From Mobula hypostoma (lineage: Eukaryota), in the NCBI RefSeq assembly GCF_963921235.1, contig NC_086097.1:130636001-130700000 (forward strand): a DNA stretch of 64,000 nt, written 5' to 3'. Both the position numbers and the translations under genes were made by a program. A model generated the notes under the pieces. The model was given only the letters and a program-made list of their open reading frames with translations, ran no database searches and was not told where the DNA came from. Of this stretch, positions 23,640-37,422 are shown piece after piece; within the stretch, counting starts at the first letter, position 1; each line of letters begins with the position of its first letter.

Positions 23640-26600
23640 ACGGATCTGCCACTTTTTTGCCCATTCTTCCAATTTGTCTAAATCTTGCAGCAATCATATT
23701 GCTTCCTCAACACTACCTACCACTCCACCTATCTTCGTATCATCCGCAAACTTTGCCACAAATCCATTAATTCCATTATCTAAATCAGTGACAAACAATA
23801 TGAAAAGCAGCAGTCCCAATACTGACCCTTGAGGAGCACCACTAGTTACTGGCAGCTAACCAGAAAAGGCCCCTTTTATTCCCACTCGCTGCCTCCTGCC
23901 TGTCAGCCATTCCGCTAACCACGCCAGTATCGTTCCTGTAATGCCATAGGATTTTATCTTGTTAAGCAGCTTCATTTGTGGCACATTATCTAATGCCTTC
24001 TGAAAATCCAGGTAAATGACAGCCACTGCTTCTCCTTTGTCCACCCCGCTTGTTACTTCCTCGAAGAACTCTTACAGATTTGTCAGGTAAAATTTCCCTT
24101 TACAGAAGCCATGCTGACTTCAGCTTATTTTATGGTTAGTCTCCAAGTACCTTGAAACCTCATCCTTAATAATAGTCTCCAACACTTTCCCAACCATTGA
24201 GGTTAGACTAACTAGCCTATCATTTCCTTTCTTTTGCCTTCCTCCCTTCTTAAAGAGTGGAGTGACATTTGCAAACTTCCAGTTCTCCTATCTATGCCAG
24301 AATCAAGTGATTCTTGAAAGATCATGACCAATGCATCTGTAATCTCTTCAGTAACCTCTCTCAGGACTCTAGAATATAGTCCATCTGGCCCAGGTGACCT
24401 ATCCACCTTAAGATCTTTGAGTTAGCCTAGCAATTTTTCCTTTGTAATAGCAATGGCACTCACTCCTGTTCCCTGACACTCATGGACTTCTGGCACACTG
24501 CTAGTGTCTTCCAAAGTGAAGACAGAAGCAAAGTACCCATTAAGTTCATCTGCCATTTCTTTGTCCCCCATTACTACTTCATTTTCCAGTGGTTCAAGAT
24601 CAACTCTCACCTCCATTTTACTCTTCATATTACTGAAAAAACTTCCGGTATCCTGCTTTATATTATTGGCTAGTCTGCTCTCATATATAATCTTTTCCCT
24701 TCTCATAGCTTTTTTAGTCACATTTTCCCTTCTTATAGCTTTTTTAGTTGCCATTTGTTGGATTTTAAAAGCTTCCCAATCACCTAACTTCCCACTCGCT
24801 CTTGCTACCTAATATGCCCTTTCCTTGGCTTTTGTGCAGTCCTTAACTTCCTTTATCAGCCATGGTTCCCTACCTCTGCCATCTGAGAACTTCTTCCTCT
24901 ATGGGACATATCTATCCTGCGCCTTGTGAACTACTCCCAGAAACTTCAGCCATCTCTGCTCTGCCATCATCTCTACCAGTATCCTCCCCCAATCCACCTG
25001 GGCAAATTTCCCTCTCATGCCTCTGTAGTTCCCTTTTATTCCTTTGCGATACTGTTAAATGTCAGTTATGCTTCTCCCTCTCAAATTGCAGTATGAATTC
25101 AATCATTTTATGATCACTGCCTCCTAAGGGTTCCTTTATGTTAAGTTCCCTAATCAGATCTGTGTTATTACACAACACCCAATCTAAGGTAGCCTTTCCC
25201 CAAGTAGGGTCAAGCACAAGCTGCTCTAAAAAGCCACCTTGTACGCATTCAACAAATTCCACCTCTTGTGATTTGACACCAACCTGATTTTCCCAATCTC
25301 CTTGCATATTGAAGCCCCCATTACAATTGTGTCATTACCCTTATTACATGTCTTTTCCAGCTCCCTTTGCAATCTTAACCCCACCTCTTGGCTACTATTT
25401 GGAGGCCCATATATATGATTTCCATGATGGTTTTTTACCCTTGCAATTTCTTACCTCCACCCACAAAGATTCAACATTCTCCGACCCTCTGTCACCTCTT
25501 TCTAAAGATATAATTTCTCTCTTACCAACAGAGCCACACCACCGCCTATGCCTTCCTGCCTGTCCTTTCGATAAAAAACTAATATCCTTTGATGTTAAGC
25601 TCACAGCTATGGCCTTCTTTCAGACACGACTCAGTGATGCCTACAATGTCATACTGACTAATCTCTAATTGTGCCACAAGTTCACCAACCTTATTTAGAA
25701 TGCTACGTGTATTTAAATACAACATCTTCAGTCCTGCATTCTTCACCCTTTTGAATTTTGCCTCTGTGGTACAATTTAACTCTTTGCTCTGTCAGCATTT
25801 GTACCTAATTATTGGCTTGTCCTTCTTTACTTCCATGTTACACCTATCATCTACTTGTGAACCTGCTGGTTCATCCTCAGCTCTACCATATTGGTTCACA
25901 TCCCCCTGCCATATTAGTTTAAACCACTCCCAACAGCTCTAGTAAATCTGTTCGCAAGAATATTGGCTCCCCCCTCTGATTTAAGTGTAACCTATCCCTT
26001 TTGTACAGGTCACACCTGCCCGAGAAGACGACCTAATTATCCAGAAATCCCTGCTCCCTGTTCCAATTCATCAGCCGCACATTTATCTGCCACCTCATTC
26101 TATTCCTATCCTCAATGTCGCATGGAACAGGCAGCAATCCAGAGATTATTACCCTTAAGGTCCTGCTTCTCACCTTCTTTCCTAACTCCCTATATTCTTT
26201 ATTCAGGTCATTCTCTCTTTTTCTTCTTATGTCATTGGTATCGATATGTACCACGACTTCTAGATGCTCACACTCCCTTTTCAGGATATTGTGGACGTGT
26301 CTAGAAACATTTCAGACGCTGGCACCTGGTGGCAAACTACCATCCATGTCTCCTTTTCGGGTCCACAGAATCGCCTATCTGTCCCCCTGACTATAGAGTC
26401 CCCTATTACAGCTACCATCCTCTTCAGTTTCCTGGCCTTCTGAGCCACAGGGCCAGAATCAGTGCCAGAGGCATGGCTGCTGTTGCTTCCCCCAGGTAGA
26501 TTCCCTCCCCACCCCCAACAGTACTCAAAATAGAGAACTTATTGTTGAGGGGACAGCTACAAGTGTGCTCTCCACTATCTGATGTTCCTCCTCCTGACAA

Positions 26601-26690
26601 TCATCCATTTATCTGTCTCCTGTAGTCTTGGGGTAACTGTCTCCCTGTAGCTCTTGTTTATCACCTTTTCACTCTCCCTAACAAGCTGAG
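23640..26690 (-). mobile_element. CR1 LINE (ORF1 esterase, endonuclease, RT), degraded
   Basis: VHIDTNDIR, SPGPDGLYSRVLREV, IYLDFQKALDNVP. Confidence 0.9.
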
Positions 26691-26779
26691 GGAAATGAAT
26701 CAGCCATGATGAAACAGCAGAGCAGACTCAACGGGCCAGTACTCTAATCCTGCTCCCGTATCTTATGTTCTTGTGGTCT

Positions 26780-27465
26780 AAAATGCTGGAGGAAGTCAGC
26801 AAACGGTGCAGCATCTATGGAGAAGAATAAACAGTCGAAGTCTTGGAAAGGGACCATTTATCAGGACTGGAAAGGAAGGGGCAAGGCCAAAATAAGAAGG
26901 TGGGGGAAGGAGGGGAAGGAGGGGAGGGAGTACAAGCTAGCAGGTGATTGGTGAGACCAGGTGAGGGGAAGGTGGATGGGCAGAGAGAGGGTGGATGAAG
27001 TAACAAGCTGGAAGGTGATAGGCGGAAGAGGTAAAGGAACTAAGAAGCAGATACCTAATAGGAGAACCACAAAGGAAGGGTGTGGGGGCCCAGAGGGAGG
27101 TGATGGGCAGGTGGAGAAGAGAAGGGGTGAGAGGGTATCCAGAATGAGGAATGGAGAAACAGGGAAGGAGGGAGGGGTGAGAATTTACCTAAAGTGAGAG
27201 ATATCAATGTTCATTCCATCAGGCTGGAGTCTATCCAGACGGAGTATGAGGTGTTGCTCCTCCAATCTGAATTTGGCCTCATTATAGTAGTAGAGGAAGC
27301 CATGGACAGACATGTCAGAATGGGGATGGGAAGTGGAATAAAAGTGGATAGCTACTGAGAGATCCTGCCTTTTGCAGTGGACAGAGCAAGGATGTTCAAC
27401 AAAGCAGTTTCCTAATCTGTGTCAGATCTCACCAATGTAGAGATGGTTGCAATAGGAGTGGCAGG
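26780..27465 (-). mobile_element. Penelope-like element 3' fragment (GIY-YIG region + terminal repeat)
   Basis: Homologous to 50060-50760; degenerate hammerhead at 26831-26870. Confidence 0.8.
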
Positions 27466-27715
27466 GATAGTGGACAAAAGAATAGGTCTATAGCAGGATG
27501 GAGCACAAGGCCAACTAATTAAGCATTTCCCTTCACCTTCCCCATTAATACATTCAGTCCATCTTCAGCAATGTCTTACAGATTATTCTGAATTCTGATA
27601 AATAGCCATCAATCTGCAATGCTAACTTTATCTTGACAAATATGTAAATCATAATACCTACTTGTGCTCCCCCATCGAGAGCTCACAACACTTTGCAACC
27701 CTTGTCCCCAACTTT

Positions 27716-27871
27716 GGTACCGTACCACCCAGCTAAAATGGCTTTGAGAAAAGGTTTGTTCAGAGTCTAGAGAATGTATTGCGAGTAGTGTCAGCAGAAC
27801 GCACTACACTGAATCAGAAGCTTGCCAATTGCCTTCTTGCATATCGCAATGCAGCGCACTCCACAGCCAAC
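27716..27871 (+). mobile_element. Inverted Gypsy integrase fragment
   Basis: Translates, across a frameshift, as PYHPA..RFVQSLENVLR..LNQKLANCLLAYRNAAHST, the direct continuation of the minus-strand integrase broken at ~28338. Confidence 0.8.
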
Positions 27872-27962
27872 TGCCATTACATAGGAGCTTCGTGTGGTCA
27901 CACATGGAGTACTGCGCACAATTTTGGCATCCTTGTTTAATGGCCTGGTTCCTACTGCTATG

Positions 27963-28337
27963 CTGTGAGGTAGTTTACATTAGCAGTTTTCTGTAAAAGC
28001 AGTGTGACCTGCTGGAAAGTGTATTTTGGCTTCAGCTAAGATAAAGACCTATGTTGTCCAACTGAGGAATGTGAGTCAGCCTATCAGGATTGTGGGATGT
28101 GAGAAAAGGTTCTAGAGAGCTGTGGGAAAGAGTTTCCTGAAGGACAGTAGTCTTTTTTGGGTCATTTGGCAGGAGCTGTGGAGTGGGGCACAAGGGAAGA
28201 TACCACAGAATGCTGTTGGAAGGAGAGTCCCTATTGCAAGAAGCGCTTTGCGCAGATGAATGGCTTCAAAAAGGAAGGGCCAATACTCATGGGAGAGCCA
28301 GTTCATTCAAGGTGGTCTTCGAGGGGAGTTTGTAATG
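27963..28337. mobile_element. Probable LTR fragment of a second element
   Basis: Non-coding block that abuts the integrase breakpoint; LTR-like composition only. Confidence 0.35.
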
Positions 28338-31300
28338 TGCCAATGTAATAAATCTTATTCTATTCATTTTCAGGATTGACTGAAACTGTTCCACAACAAA
28401 CCGTGGTCCATTGTCACTGTCTAAGTGTTCTGGAACACAAGTCCTTGAGAAAAGTCCTCTCAACAAATCAGCAGTGTGCAAGGCTATAATGGAGGCTTTT
28501 GGAACACTTGGCCACTTTGTCGACGTATCCACTACTGCCAAGAAATTTCTGGTCAAGAAATGAATGGTCAGTCAAAATCCACATGTATCCTCTGCGAGGA
28601 CAATGCAGGCCATTCCCAGGGATGGCGAGGCGTTGCTCTTTGGCCTCTTCTGGATGTGTTGGCATCCCAAACAGTGCATGGTGAACTGCTCAGTCTATCC
28701 CAGGCCACCAGACAAAACTTTGGGCCAACACTTTTATTTTGACCGCTCCTCGAAGACCGGAATGTAGCTCCCCCAACACTTTAGCTGTCAGCTTGGATGG
28801 TACAACAACTCTCAATCCCCACATAAGGCAAACCCTGTCAAGGGGAAGTTCATCCTGAAGCTGGTTAAAAAAGGGAACTGGAATTTCTGTTCCACATTCC
28901 AGCCATTTTGAGATGCCATGTAGAACTGAGACAGTGACTTTTCTAATTTTTCTTTGGATTATCTCTGCCGTAATAGGGAGAGTTTTGATTTGCATTGGGG
29001 AGAATACATCAAGAGGAGTGTCCTCTTTTGTCAACTTTTCAAGTATTTATTTTTCCTAGGATAAACAGGAAAATCCATAAGCATTTCCATGATTAGTTGT
29101 CCTCTTGAATTCGATTTTGTAATTGTGTCCTCCAAGAAACGGGCCAATCTCTGCATTCGTGCTGCTGCTGGTAGTGGAACACCCTTCTGGGAATTGAAAA
29201 TGGACACTCGTGGCTGATTTTCAGTAACGACAGTAAGCTCTCTCCCAGACAACACTGACTGAGGCATTTTATACCCCAAAGCAAACTTAAGGCCTCTCTG
29301 TCAATATCTGTGTAATTTTTCACAGCAGCAGTACGGGAACATGATGCAAAGGCAATGGGGTGTTCACTTCTATCGCTCATAATGTGACATGACTACACCT
29401 ATACCATAAGGCGAGGCATCACGGGCAAGTTTCACTGTATGATGTGGATTATAATGTGCGTGTATGTGTCTGTGATCACCATTACCTTTGCCTTTTAGAA
29501 ATCCACCTCACAATGCTTTGTCCATTCCCATTCCTCCCGATCTGTAGTAATAAGTTCAAGGGGCGGAGCACAGTAGCCAGGTTTGGCAGGAACCTGTTAC
29601 AGTAAGTGACAAACCCTAAAAAAGGACCACTACTGTGACATGTCCTTTGGCTTTGGTGCATCCACCACTGCTTGGATTTTCTCAGCAGACTTGAGTAAAC
29701 CTTGAGCGTCAATAGTGTGACCACAGTAAGTGATGCTTGGTTTAAAGGATTCACACTTTTTATATTGTGCTCTGAACCCATAATGTTCTAATATTTTAAC
29801 ACTGTCTTGCTCTTCAGCCTTACCAATAACAATGATGTCATCTAGGTAATACATGGTGCTGGGACATCTTTGCAGTACTTGGTTCACAGCTCTCTGCCAA
29901 AACGCAGGTGCAGATACCACTCTAAAATTAAACCTATTATAGTGATAAAGCCCTCTGTGAGTGTTTATAGTGAGAAACACTTTGGACTATTCTTCCATCT
30001 CTATCTGTAGGTAGGGTGCTTTGCTGAAGTGTTTTTCTCCAGAAGGTTTGCAAAGATATCATCTATCCTGGGCGGAGGGAATTGATTTACTTTCAGTACT
30101 GGGTTGATGGTGACCTTAAAATCACCACAGACCCTGACAAACCCATTCTTATTGGCTACTGGGACCACTGGCATTGCCCAGAAATTTCAATCAAACTTGA
30201 CAAGAATTCCTTCAGCCTCCATGCGATCTAGCTCACTGGCTACTTTATCGCGGATGGTATAAGGAACTGGATGGGCTTCATAAAACTTGGGTGTGGAATT
30301 TTCATTTAATGCTATTTTATCCTTGATATGTTTGAGCTTTCCAATGCTATCCTTGAACACTGCTGTGGCATCACCCAGTACCTTTCTTAATTCACTTTTG
30401 GTTGACTCTATAGCAGGGGATGGATCTCCTATCAAGTTGTAGCTGCCTCAGCCACTGTCAGTCACTCAATGCTGGCCCTCCTGTTTTAACCACATACAAG
30501 CTCAATGTGGCTTGTTGGTTGTTGTATTTCACTGTTATGAATGTCATTCCCACAGGAGTTAACTTTTCTCCAGTATAAGTCCTTAGTTGAGTATCTGCAG
30601 ACTTCAGTTCTGTATCTTTTAAATGCTGTTCAAACTCATTTTGTGGAATGATTGAAACAGCCGAACCTGTGTCCAATTCTATTTTAAATAATTTGCTGTT
30701 CCCTTCTGGTATAAGCCTTATTGTTTTTCTCTTCTTAGTTTTCACACTGTAAAGCTCAAGGCCACTCAGTCCTGTGTCACTCTCGTCATTATCAAATTTT
30801 TCATGAACAGCATACAGAGTAATCCTGTTTTTGAAACTGCAACTTGACTTTTTATTTTATTCTCTTCCCTGTGCAGTCCATTTATTTTTGTCTGCCCAAC
30901 ATGCTCTTTGTATTTGTCCTACTTTGTTGCATTTTCTGCAGGTTTTGCCTTTAAATCTGCATTGATCTGGTGTACACAAGCCCCTACCACAAGGGCAACA
31001 CTATTTGTTCGGCCAGGTGGGTTTCTGTTTAGATATTGCAATTTTGTTCACACTCACTGTCATTCTTGACTGCAACTCTACTGCATCTCTGTCTACTGTT
31101 CCCACTGCAGCTATTTCAACTGTTCTTTTAAATGTGAGTTGTGCTTCAGTTGGAAGCCATTTTGAATGCTTTCTTGTAAGATTCCACTAACTAAACTATC
31201 TTTCAGTATATCATTAAGCCCATCACTGAACTAGCAATGCTCAGACAATTTCTTCAATTCAGCCACGTAAGCCGAAATAGATTCCCCTTCCTTTTGATTC

Positions 31301-32107
31301 CACTTATGAAACATAGCAACCAACAATGGCTTTGGTTCTAAATGTTCCTGCATTACTCTCATTTCAGCTGGTTTGGTTGGAGCAGTTAAACTTCTAAGCA
31401 AACGGTATGCTCTTCTACGTCATGCTCTCAGCCGAACTGGCACTTGTTTCTCATTGGCTATTTTATTTGCTTCATAATACTGCTCAATTCACTCAGTATA
31501 CATCAGCCAGTTATCAATTGTGAAATCAAATGCTTTTTTTATGTAACTAGCCATTTCTTCCCTTTTATTTATTTATGATTATTATCACTCAGTACTCACT
31601 GTTTATGAATCCATGAATTTTGTTCGTTCTCTGCCTTTATCTTTTATAACGAGCATCTCTGTCCCCTTCTGAAGAGGCACATGCTGTGCCTTTTTTTACT
31701 GGACCATTTTTCTCCTCTCGCAAAGAAAACGTGTTGTGCTTTTTCGTTACCTGACTGTTTCTGTCCTCTTGCAAAGAAAGCATACTGCCTTTGTTTTTTA
31801 AGTTCGAAAGACCGCCTGCGCTTCAACAAGTAGGTAGTTGTTTCGAGTTCACTTTAAAACTTACTCATTGCCACTGTTATGTTTTGTAACTCCAAACATA
31901 AAGTCAATTGAAAGAAAAACATGGAGCTGGGGATATGTCTCTGTCTTCATGTTTATCTCAGTGAGGCATGGACTTATGACGTGGTGGCATATTGACCTAT
32001 TTCATTCATGTACTTTTATAAATAACCCATAATGAATTATTGAAACAATAAAAAATGCTTAAATAAACAATATATTTACAATATTACTGAAAAATTGACA
32101 CAACCAT
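28338..32107 (-). mobile_element. Ty3/Gypsy LTR retrotransposon (Mag-like), degraded, 3'-disrupted
   Basis: 5' LTR ~31875-32107 ending AACA, then PBS-like TGGCAATGAG; gag ATG at 31554; protease LDTGSAVSII; RT YLDDIIV; RNase H PIAFAS..DREAL; integrase LHSG..SFVWWPGID, SDNGPRF. Confidence 0.9.
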
Positions 32108-33229
32108 AGTGTTACCATTACAGAGGAGGTGCAGTTCAGGCAGACAAATAAAATGAGAGGGACTGGAACAATGACTCACTAAACTGGTTAGTGGGAAGTT
32201 AAATCTGTCATATGTGGAGAGTTTGAATAAGCTCCGTCTTAATTCTCCAGAGCTTAGAAGAATAAGATTTGACTTCATTAAGAAGCAGAGGCTATGGTCT
32301 CAAAATAAAACTTGGCCATTTAGGGCCAAAATGAAGAGAAGCTGCTTCATTAAAAGAATGGAAAATCTTTGGAATTCTCTAGCTTGGTGGCTCAGTCAAT
32401 CATTGCACTAAAACAAGGTTCTGATATTGGAGGAACCAAAGAAAATGGTAATAGGTCCGGAAGATAGGTATGATCACAGTGGCCTATTCTGCTTATAGAA
32501 TATTATTTAAAGAATCCAATGACCTACAATAAGCAAATGCAATTTGAGGAAGTTGCCCTGAAATTGTATCTGAAGGAGGATATTATTATGTGTCCCGTGG
32601 TCTGATTCTAGCTTCTACAGTTGTGGTCCACAAAGTTATGAGGTATCACCTGAGCATCACATGGTCACATTAGCCATAACAAGTCTTCATCCTGTTTTCA
32701 ATTGTTTACATGTTTCACATCAGGCCCTCCTCTAACCTGCATGCCTGCTCTCTGCTAATTTGGAAATATAATATTGTTTCTGCATTGTCACTGTAGTTTC
32801 CTGGCCAACAGCACAGTACCAGTGTCTTCACCAGACAGGATTCATCATTTCAAGGAGAAGACTCACCTTCTCAGGGTAAATTAAGGATGTCAGCTACTTC
32901 CAACTTCTTTAAATGAATGAAAGATATATACTATATTTTTTTACCTAACTATCTCATAAGGTTTTAAGTAATCTTGCAAGCTTTGGATAGTCCTGATATA
33001 GGTTTTCAACCTAAAATGTAGACAAGTATTCTCATTCCTGATACTGAAATGTTTAGAATTTCTTTCCCCCTTCAGATGCTGTTTGATCCATTGAGTTCCT
33101 CCAGCAGGTTGTTCATTGTTCCAGATTCTGATATCTCCAGTCCCTCATGTCTTCCTTGAATAATCTCGATCTGATTGTTGTGTGAAATACTGCCTTCAGG
33201 TAAATTTAATTCTGGAAGAAAATAAAATC

Positions 33230-33460
33230 AAGAAACTATCTCAAGGAAGACTAATGGAGCTTCTAGCCAAAATTGAACCCTTTGCCACCATCAGTAAAAC
33301 TGATCACTTGGTCATTATCAATTGCAGTTTGTATAAGCTTGCTCTGTGCAATTTGGTTGTCACATTTTTTTATAGTGTAATGGTAATTGGTTTTCAGTGT
33401 TTCATTAGCTGTGAAACAATTGGGACATTACGAGGTAGACAGAAAGAAAATACAGTACTT
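33230..33460 (+). mobile_element. Deu-domain SINE fragment
   Basis: ggtcattatcaattgcagtttgtataagcttgctctgtgcaatttgg..ttcattagctgtgaaacaattgggac; further Deu pieces at ~14600-14735 (+), ~40360-40415 (-) and ~54740-55010 (-). Confidence 0.6.
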
Positions 33461-33482
33461 ACTTTAGTCATTATTTTGCGTG

Positions 33483-33700
33483 CCACAGTCCTGAGGAGAC
33501 ACTGGGTTGTGTAGAGGGGGAGAGAGAGTTTAAAAGAAGTGAAGGATGGCAGTTGGCACCTTTTGCACACCACAATCCCAAAGAGACACTAGATTGTGCA
33601 CAGAGGGAGAGAGAGAGATTAAAAGAAGTGAACGGCGCCAGTCGTTACTTTTTGCACACCACAGTTCCCAAGGAGACATTGGATTGTGCAATAAAAAGAA
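33483..33700 (+). repeat. ~88-bp tandem repeat (about 2.4 units) at a CR1 5' end
   Basis: Units start at 33483, 33570 and 33659 (ccaca..gagacac..ttgtg..aaaagaagtgaa..ttttgcaca). Confidence 0.8.
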
Positions 33701-35415
33701 GTTAGGTTGAAACAGAGTGGCTATTATGTGAGTGGGTCAGTGTTGGACTGGGAAGTTGAGGCTTTGGCGAGGGGAGGCAAAGGTCATAGATAGATTTTTT
33801 GTTATTTCTTCTTTATTTCTTTCTTATTGCACATTTAGAGCAATGGGAATGTCAGGCAGGGCACTGGAATGCTCCTCTTGTGAGATGAAGGAAGGCAGGG
33901 AGACATCCAGCATCCCTAATGACTATACCTGCAAGAAGTATGTCCAGCTGCAGCTTTTAACAGACTGTGTTATGGAGCTGGAGCTGGAACTGGACCATTC
34001 ATGAGGCTGAGGGGTTGATAGACAGGACATACACAGTGGCAGTTGCACCCAGGCTCCAGGTCACAGGTAACTGGGTGACCATCAGAAAGATGAAAGGGAT
34101 AGGCATCCAGTGCAGAGTACTCCCCTGGCCGTTCCTCTCAACAATAGGTATACCACATTGGATAATGTTGGGAGGGCATGACCTAGCAGAGAAGAGCCCC
34201 AGTGGTCCAGTCTCTGGCACTGAGTCTGGCTCTGTGGCTCCGAGGGGAAGATGGGGTGGAGGGTGGAAAGAGGCAACTGTAGTGATAGGGGATTCATTGA
34301 TTAGGGGAATAGAAATGTGGTCAGTGGATGAGAACAAGATTCCCATACGGTTCATTGTCTCCCGGGTGCCAGGGTCAGGGACATGTTGGATTGAAAAGAA
34401 CTGGCAAGTGTGGATTGGAACAGGTTGTTTTCTAGCAAAAGTGTGTTTGGTAAATGGTAATTTTTGAAAGTACACAGTTTGAATGTTTCTGTCAGAATAA
34501 AAGGCAAGGGTAATAGGTTTGGAGAACTTTGGTTTTCGAGGGATATTGAGTCCCTGAATAAGAAAAACGAGGAGGTGCATAGCAGGAATAGACAGGCAGG
34601 GACAAATGAGGTACTTGAGGAGTATAAGAAATGCAAGAGAACACTTAAGAAGGGCTAAAAAGAAGGCTAAAGGAAGACATGGAGTTGCTCTGGCAGACAA
34701 GGCGAAGGAGAATCCTAAGGGTTCCTACAGATACATTAAGAGCAAAAGGATAGCAAGTGACAAAGTTGGTCCACTGGAAGATCAGAATGGAGCTGAAAGA
34801 GAGGTGGGAGATCTTAAATGGAGATTTTGCATCTGTATTTACTTGTGGAAGGACACAGAGTCTGTAGATGTTAGGCAATGTAGCAGCAAGGTCATGAACC
34901 CTCTGCAGGTTACAGAGGAGGAGGTGTTTGCTGACCTGAAGCAAATTACGATGTATAAATCCCCAGAGCCTAACAATGTGTTCCCTTGGACCCTGACAGA
35001 GGAGAGTGCAGAAATTGCAGAGGCCTTAGCAGAGATACTTAAAACAGCCTTAGCCAAGAGTGAGGTGCCAGAGGATTGAAGGATAGCTGATGTAGTTCTG
35101 TTGTTTAAGAAAGGCTCTGAGAATAAGCCAGGAAGTAATAGACCGGTGAGCCTGATATCAGTTGTGAGAATGTTATTGGAAAATATTCCAAGGCACTGGA
35201 ATAAGTATTTGGATAGACATGGGCTGATTGTCAGCATGGCTTTCTGCATGGTAAAGCACATATAACCAATCTTATAGAGTCTTCCAAGAAAGTTACCAGG
35301 AAAGTTGATGAAAGCAAGGCAGTGGATGTTGTGTACATGGACTTGGACAAGGACAAGGCCCTGCACACGAGGTGAGTCAAGAAGGTTCAGTTCCTTGGCA
35401 TTCACGGTGAGGAAA
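33700..35415 (+). mobile_element. CR1 LINE with large internal deletion (ORF1 joined to the EN-RT linker/RT)
   Basis: LECSSCEM..CKKYVQLQLL..ELELEL; VVIGDSLIRG; KENPKGSYRYIKSKR; the endonuclease is missing. Confidence 0.85.
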
Positions 35416-35419
35416 CCCT

Positions 35420-36038
35420 TGCTGATGCACAGGAAGAAGATGGTGCCAACGAGGAACTGTACCAAAGGTGATATCCTCAAGACAGGTCATTAAGCAATTC
35501 TTTTCACTTCCTTTACATCTTCTTTTTAATTCAGATATGGCTCTGCTAATGTTAGAGCCTGTTACCTACACTCTGGCTATGTGATTTTGGGCTGATCAGG
35601 CAATCTGGCGCTTTGCTGTCTCTGCAAGGCTGTGACCAAAGCATGCGGTGTGGAGACAAGGAAGCCAAGAGATGGGGCATGGGCCCATGATCTCTCGCCA
35701 ATTGAAGCACAGAGGAAGACTGAAATCAACGAGATGGGTGCGGGTGTTCAATGGCGTCCACCAACCTCTTACTGGCTGCTGCCGGAGAAGGTGTCTGCAT
35801 ATGGGGGTCTCTTGATTTATCATTCTCTGCTCCCGAGGGACGGTCCCTGTGTTCAAGTGATCTCTCCCTTGACGCTGTCAGTAGATGGTTCCGGAGCAAG
35901 GTTTGATCAATGTGGATTGTAGATTTGACCTCTAATTCAGTTTTTCTGATGTGGTCTAGTTTTTAGTTCTAGTTCTAATTGTTCTTTTTTGTTACTACAT
36001 TTGGGCGATTTTTGAATCAAGGCAGCTTGCAGATAATA
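35420..36038 (+). mobile_element. Probable non-autonomous LINE-derived repeat
   Basis: Starts with an aagatggtgcc (YY1-like) motif, has a T-rich 3' part and separates two CR1 copies. Similar tails at ~37955-38200, 40957-41365 and 55156-55505. Confidence 0.35.
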
Positions 36039-36039
36039 A

Positions 36040-37422
36040 AGTGAAAAAGAGAGGTGAGAGTGGATATCAGACCACTGGAAAATGATGCTGGAGAGGTAGT
36101 AATGGGGGCAAGGAAGTGGCAAATAAACTGAGTAATTACTTGCATCATTCTTCACTATGGAAGGCACTAGCTGTATGTTGGAAGTTCCAGTGTCAGGGGT
36201 CATGAAGTGTGTGAAATTACTATTATAAGGGCGAAGGTTTTTGGAAAACTGGAAGGTCTGAAGGTAGATAAGTCACCTGGAACAGATGACGTACACCCCA
36301 AGGTTCTGAAGGAAGTGGCTGAAGAGATCGTGAAGGCATTAGTAATGATCTTTCAAGAATCGCTCGATACTGGAATGCTTCTGGAAGACTGGAAAATTAC
36401 AAGTGTCACTCCACTTTTCAAGAGGGGAGAGGGGCAGAAGGAAGGAAACTATAGGCCAGTTAGTCTGACCTCAGTGGTTGGGAAGATGTTGGAGTCGATT
36501 ATCAAGGATAAGGGTGCTTGGAAGCACATGATAAAATAAGTATTGTTTTTACGTTATATGTCAACGATTTGGATGATGGAATTTCTTGCAAAGTTTGCAG
36601 ATGATATGAAGATAGGCAGAGGGACAGTTTGTTTTGAGGAAATAGGCTACAGAAGGACTTAGACCGATTAGGAGAGTGGGCAAAGAAATGGTGGATGGAG
36701 TACAAAGTCAGGAATTGTATGGTCATGCACTTTGGTCGAAAAAATGAAAAGGTTGACTATTTTCTAAATGGAGAGAAAGTACAAAAATCTGAGACACAAA
36801 GGGATTTGGGAGTCCTTGTGCAGGATTCCTTAAAGATTAATTTGCAGGTTGTGTCTGTGTGAGGAAGACAAATATGTTAGCATTCATTTCAAGAGGACTT
36901 ACATAAAAGCAAGTATGTAATGTTGTGACTTTATAAAGCACTGCTGAGGCCTCACATGGAGTATTCCGAGCAGTTTCTTAGGAAGGATGTGCTGAAACTG
37001 GAGAACGTTCAAAGGAGGTTCACAAAAATGTTTCCATATGAAGAAAGTTTGATGGCTCTGGGCCTGTATTCACTGAAATTCAGAAGAATGAAGGAGACAT
37101 TGAAATCTATCGAATGGTGAAAGGCCTTGATAGAATGGATGTAGAGAGGATGTCAGCCTCAGAATCGAGGGCATCCTTTTAGAATGGAGATTAGGAGGAA
37201 TTTCTTCAGCCAGAGAGTAGTGAATCTGTGGAACTCTTTGCCACAGGCGGCTATGGAGGCCAAGTCTTTATGTATATTTAAGGCAAAGGTTGATAGATTC
37301 TTGATTGATCATGGGATGAAGGGGAAGGCAGGAGATTGGGAAAGTGGATCAGCCATAATGAAATGGTGGAGCAGACTCAATGGGCCAAATGGCCTAATTC
37401 TGCTCCTAGACTTTGTGGTCTT
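36040..37422 (+). mobile_element. CR1 LINE RT + 3' UTR, with internal deletions
   Basis: KSPGTDDVHPKVLKEVAEEI..NYRPVSLTSVVGKMLESII; NFFSQRVVNLWNSLP. Confidence 0.9.

Noticed and set aside
24693..24748. 30-bp in-frame tandem duplication in CR1 ORF2
   Set aside because: A simple slippage event in a dead copy; no functional implication.
33483..33700. CRISPR-like repeat array
   Set aside because: Eukaryotic context, whole-unit tandem duplication with no unique spacers, and no cas genes.
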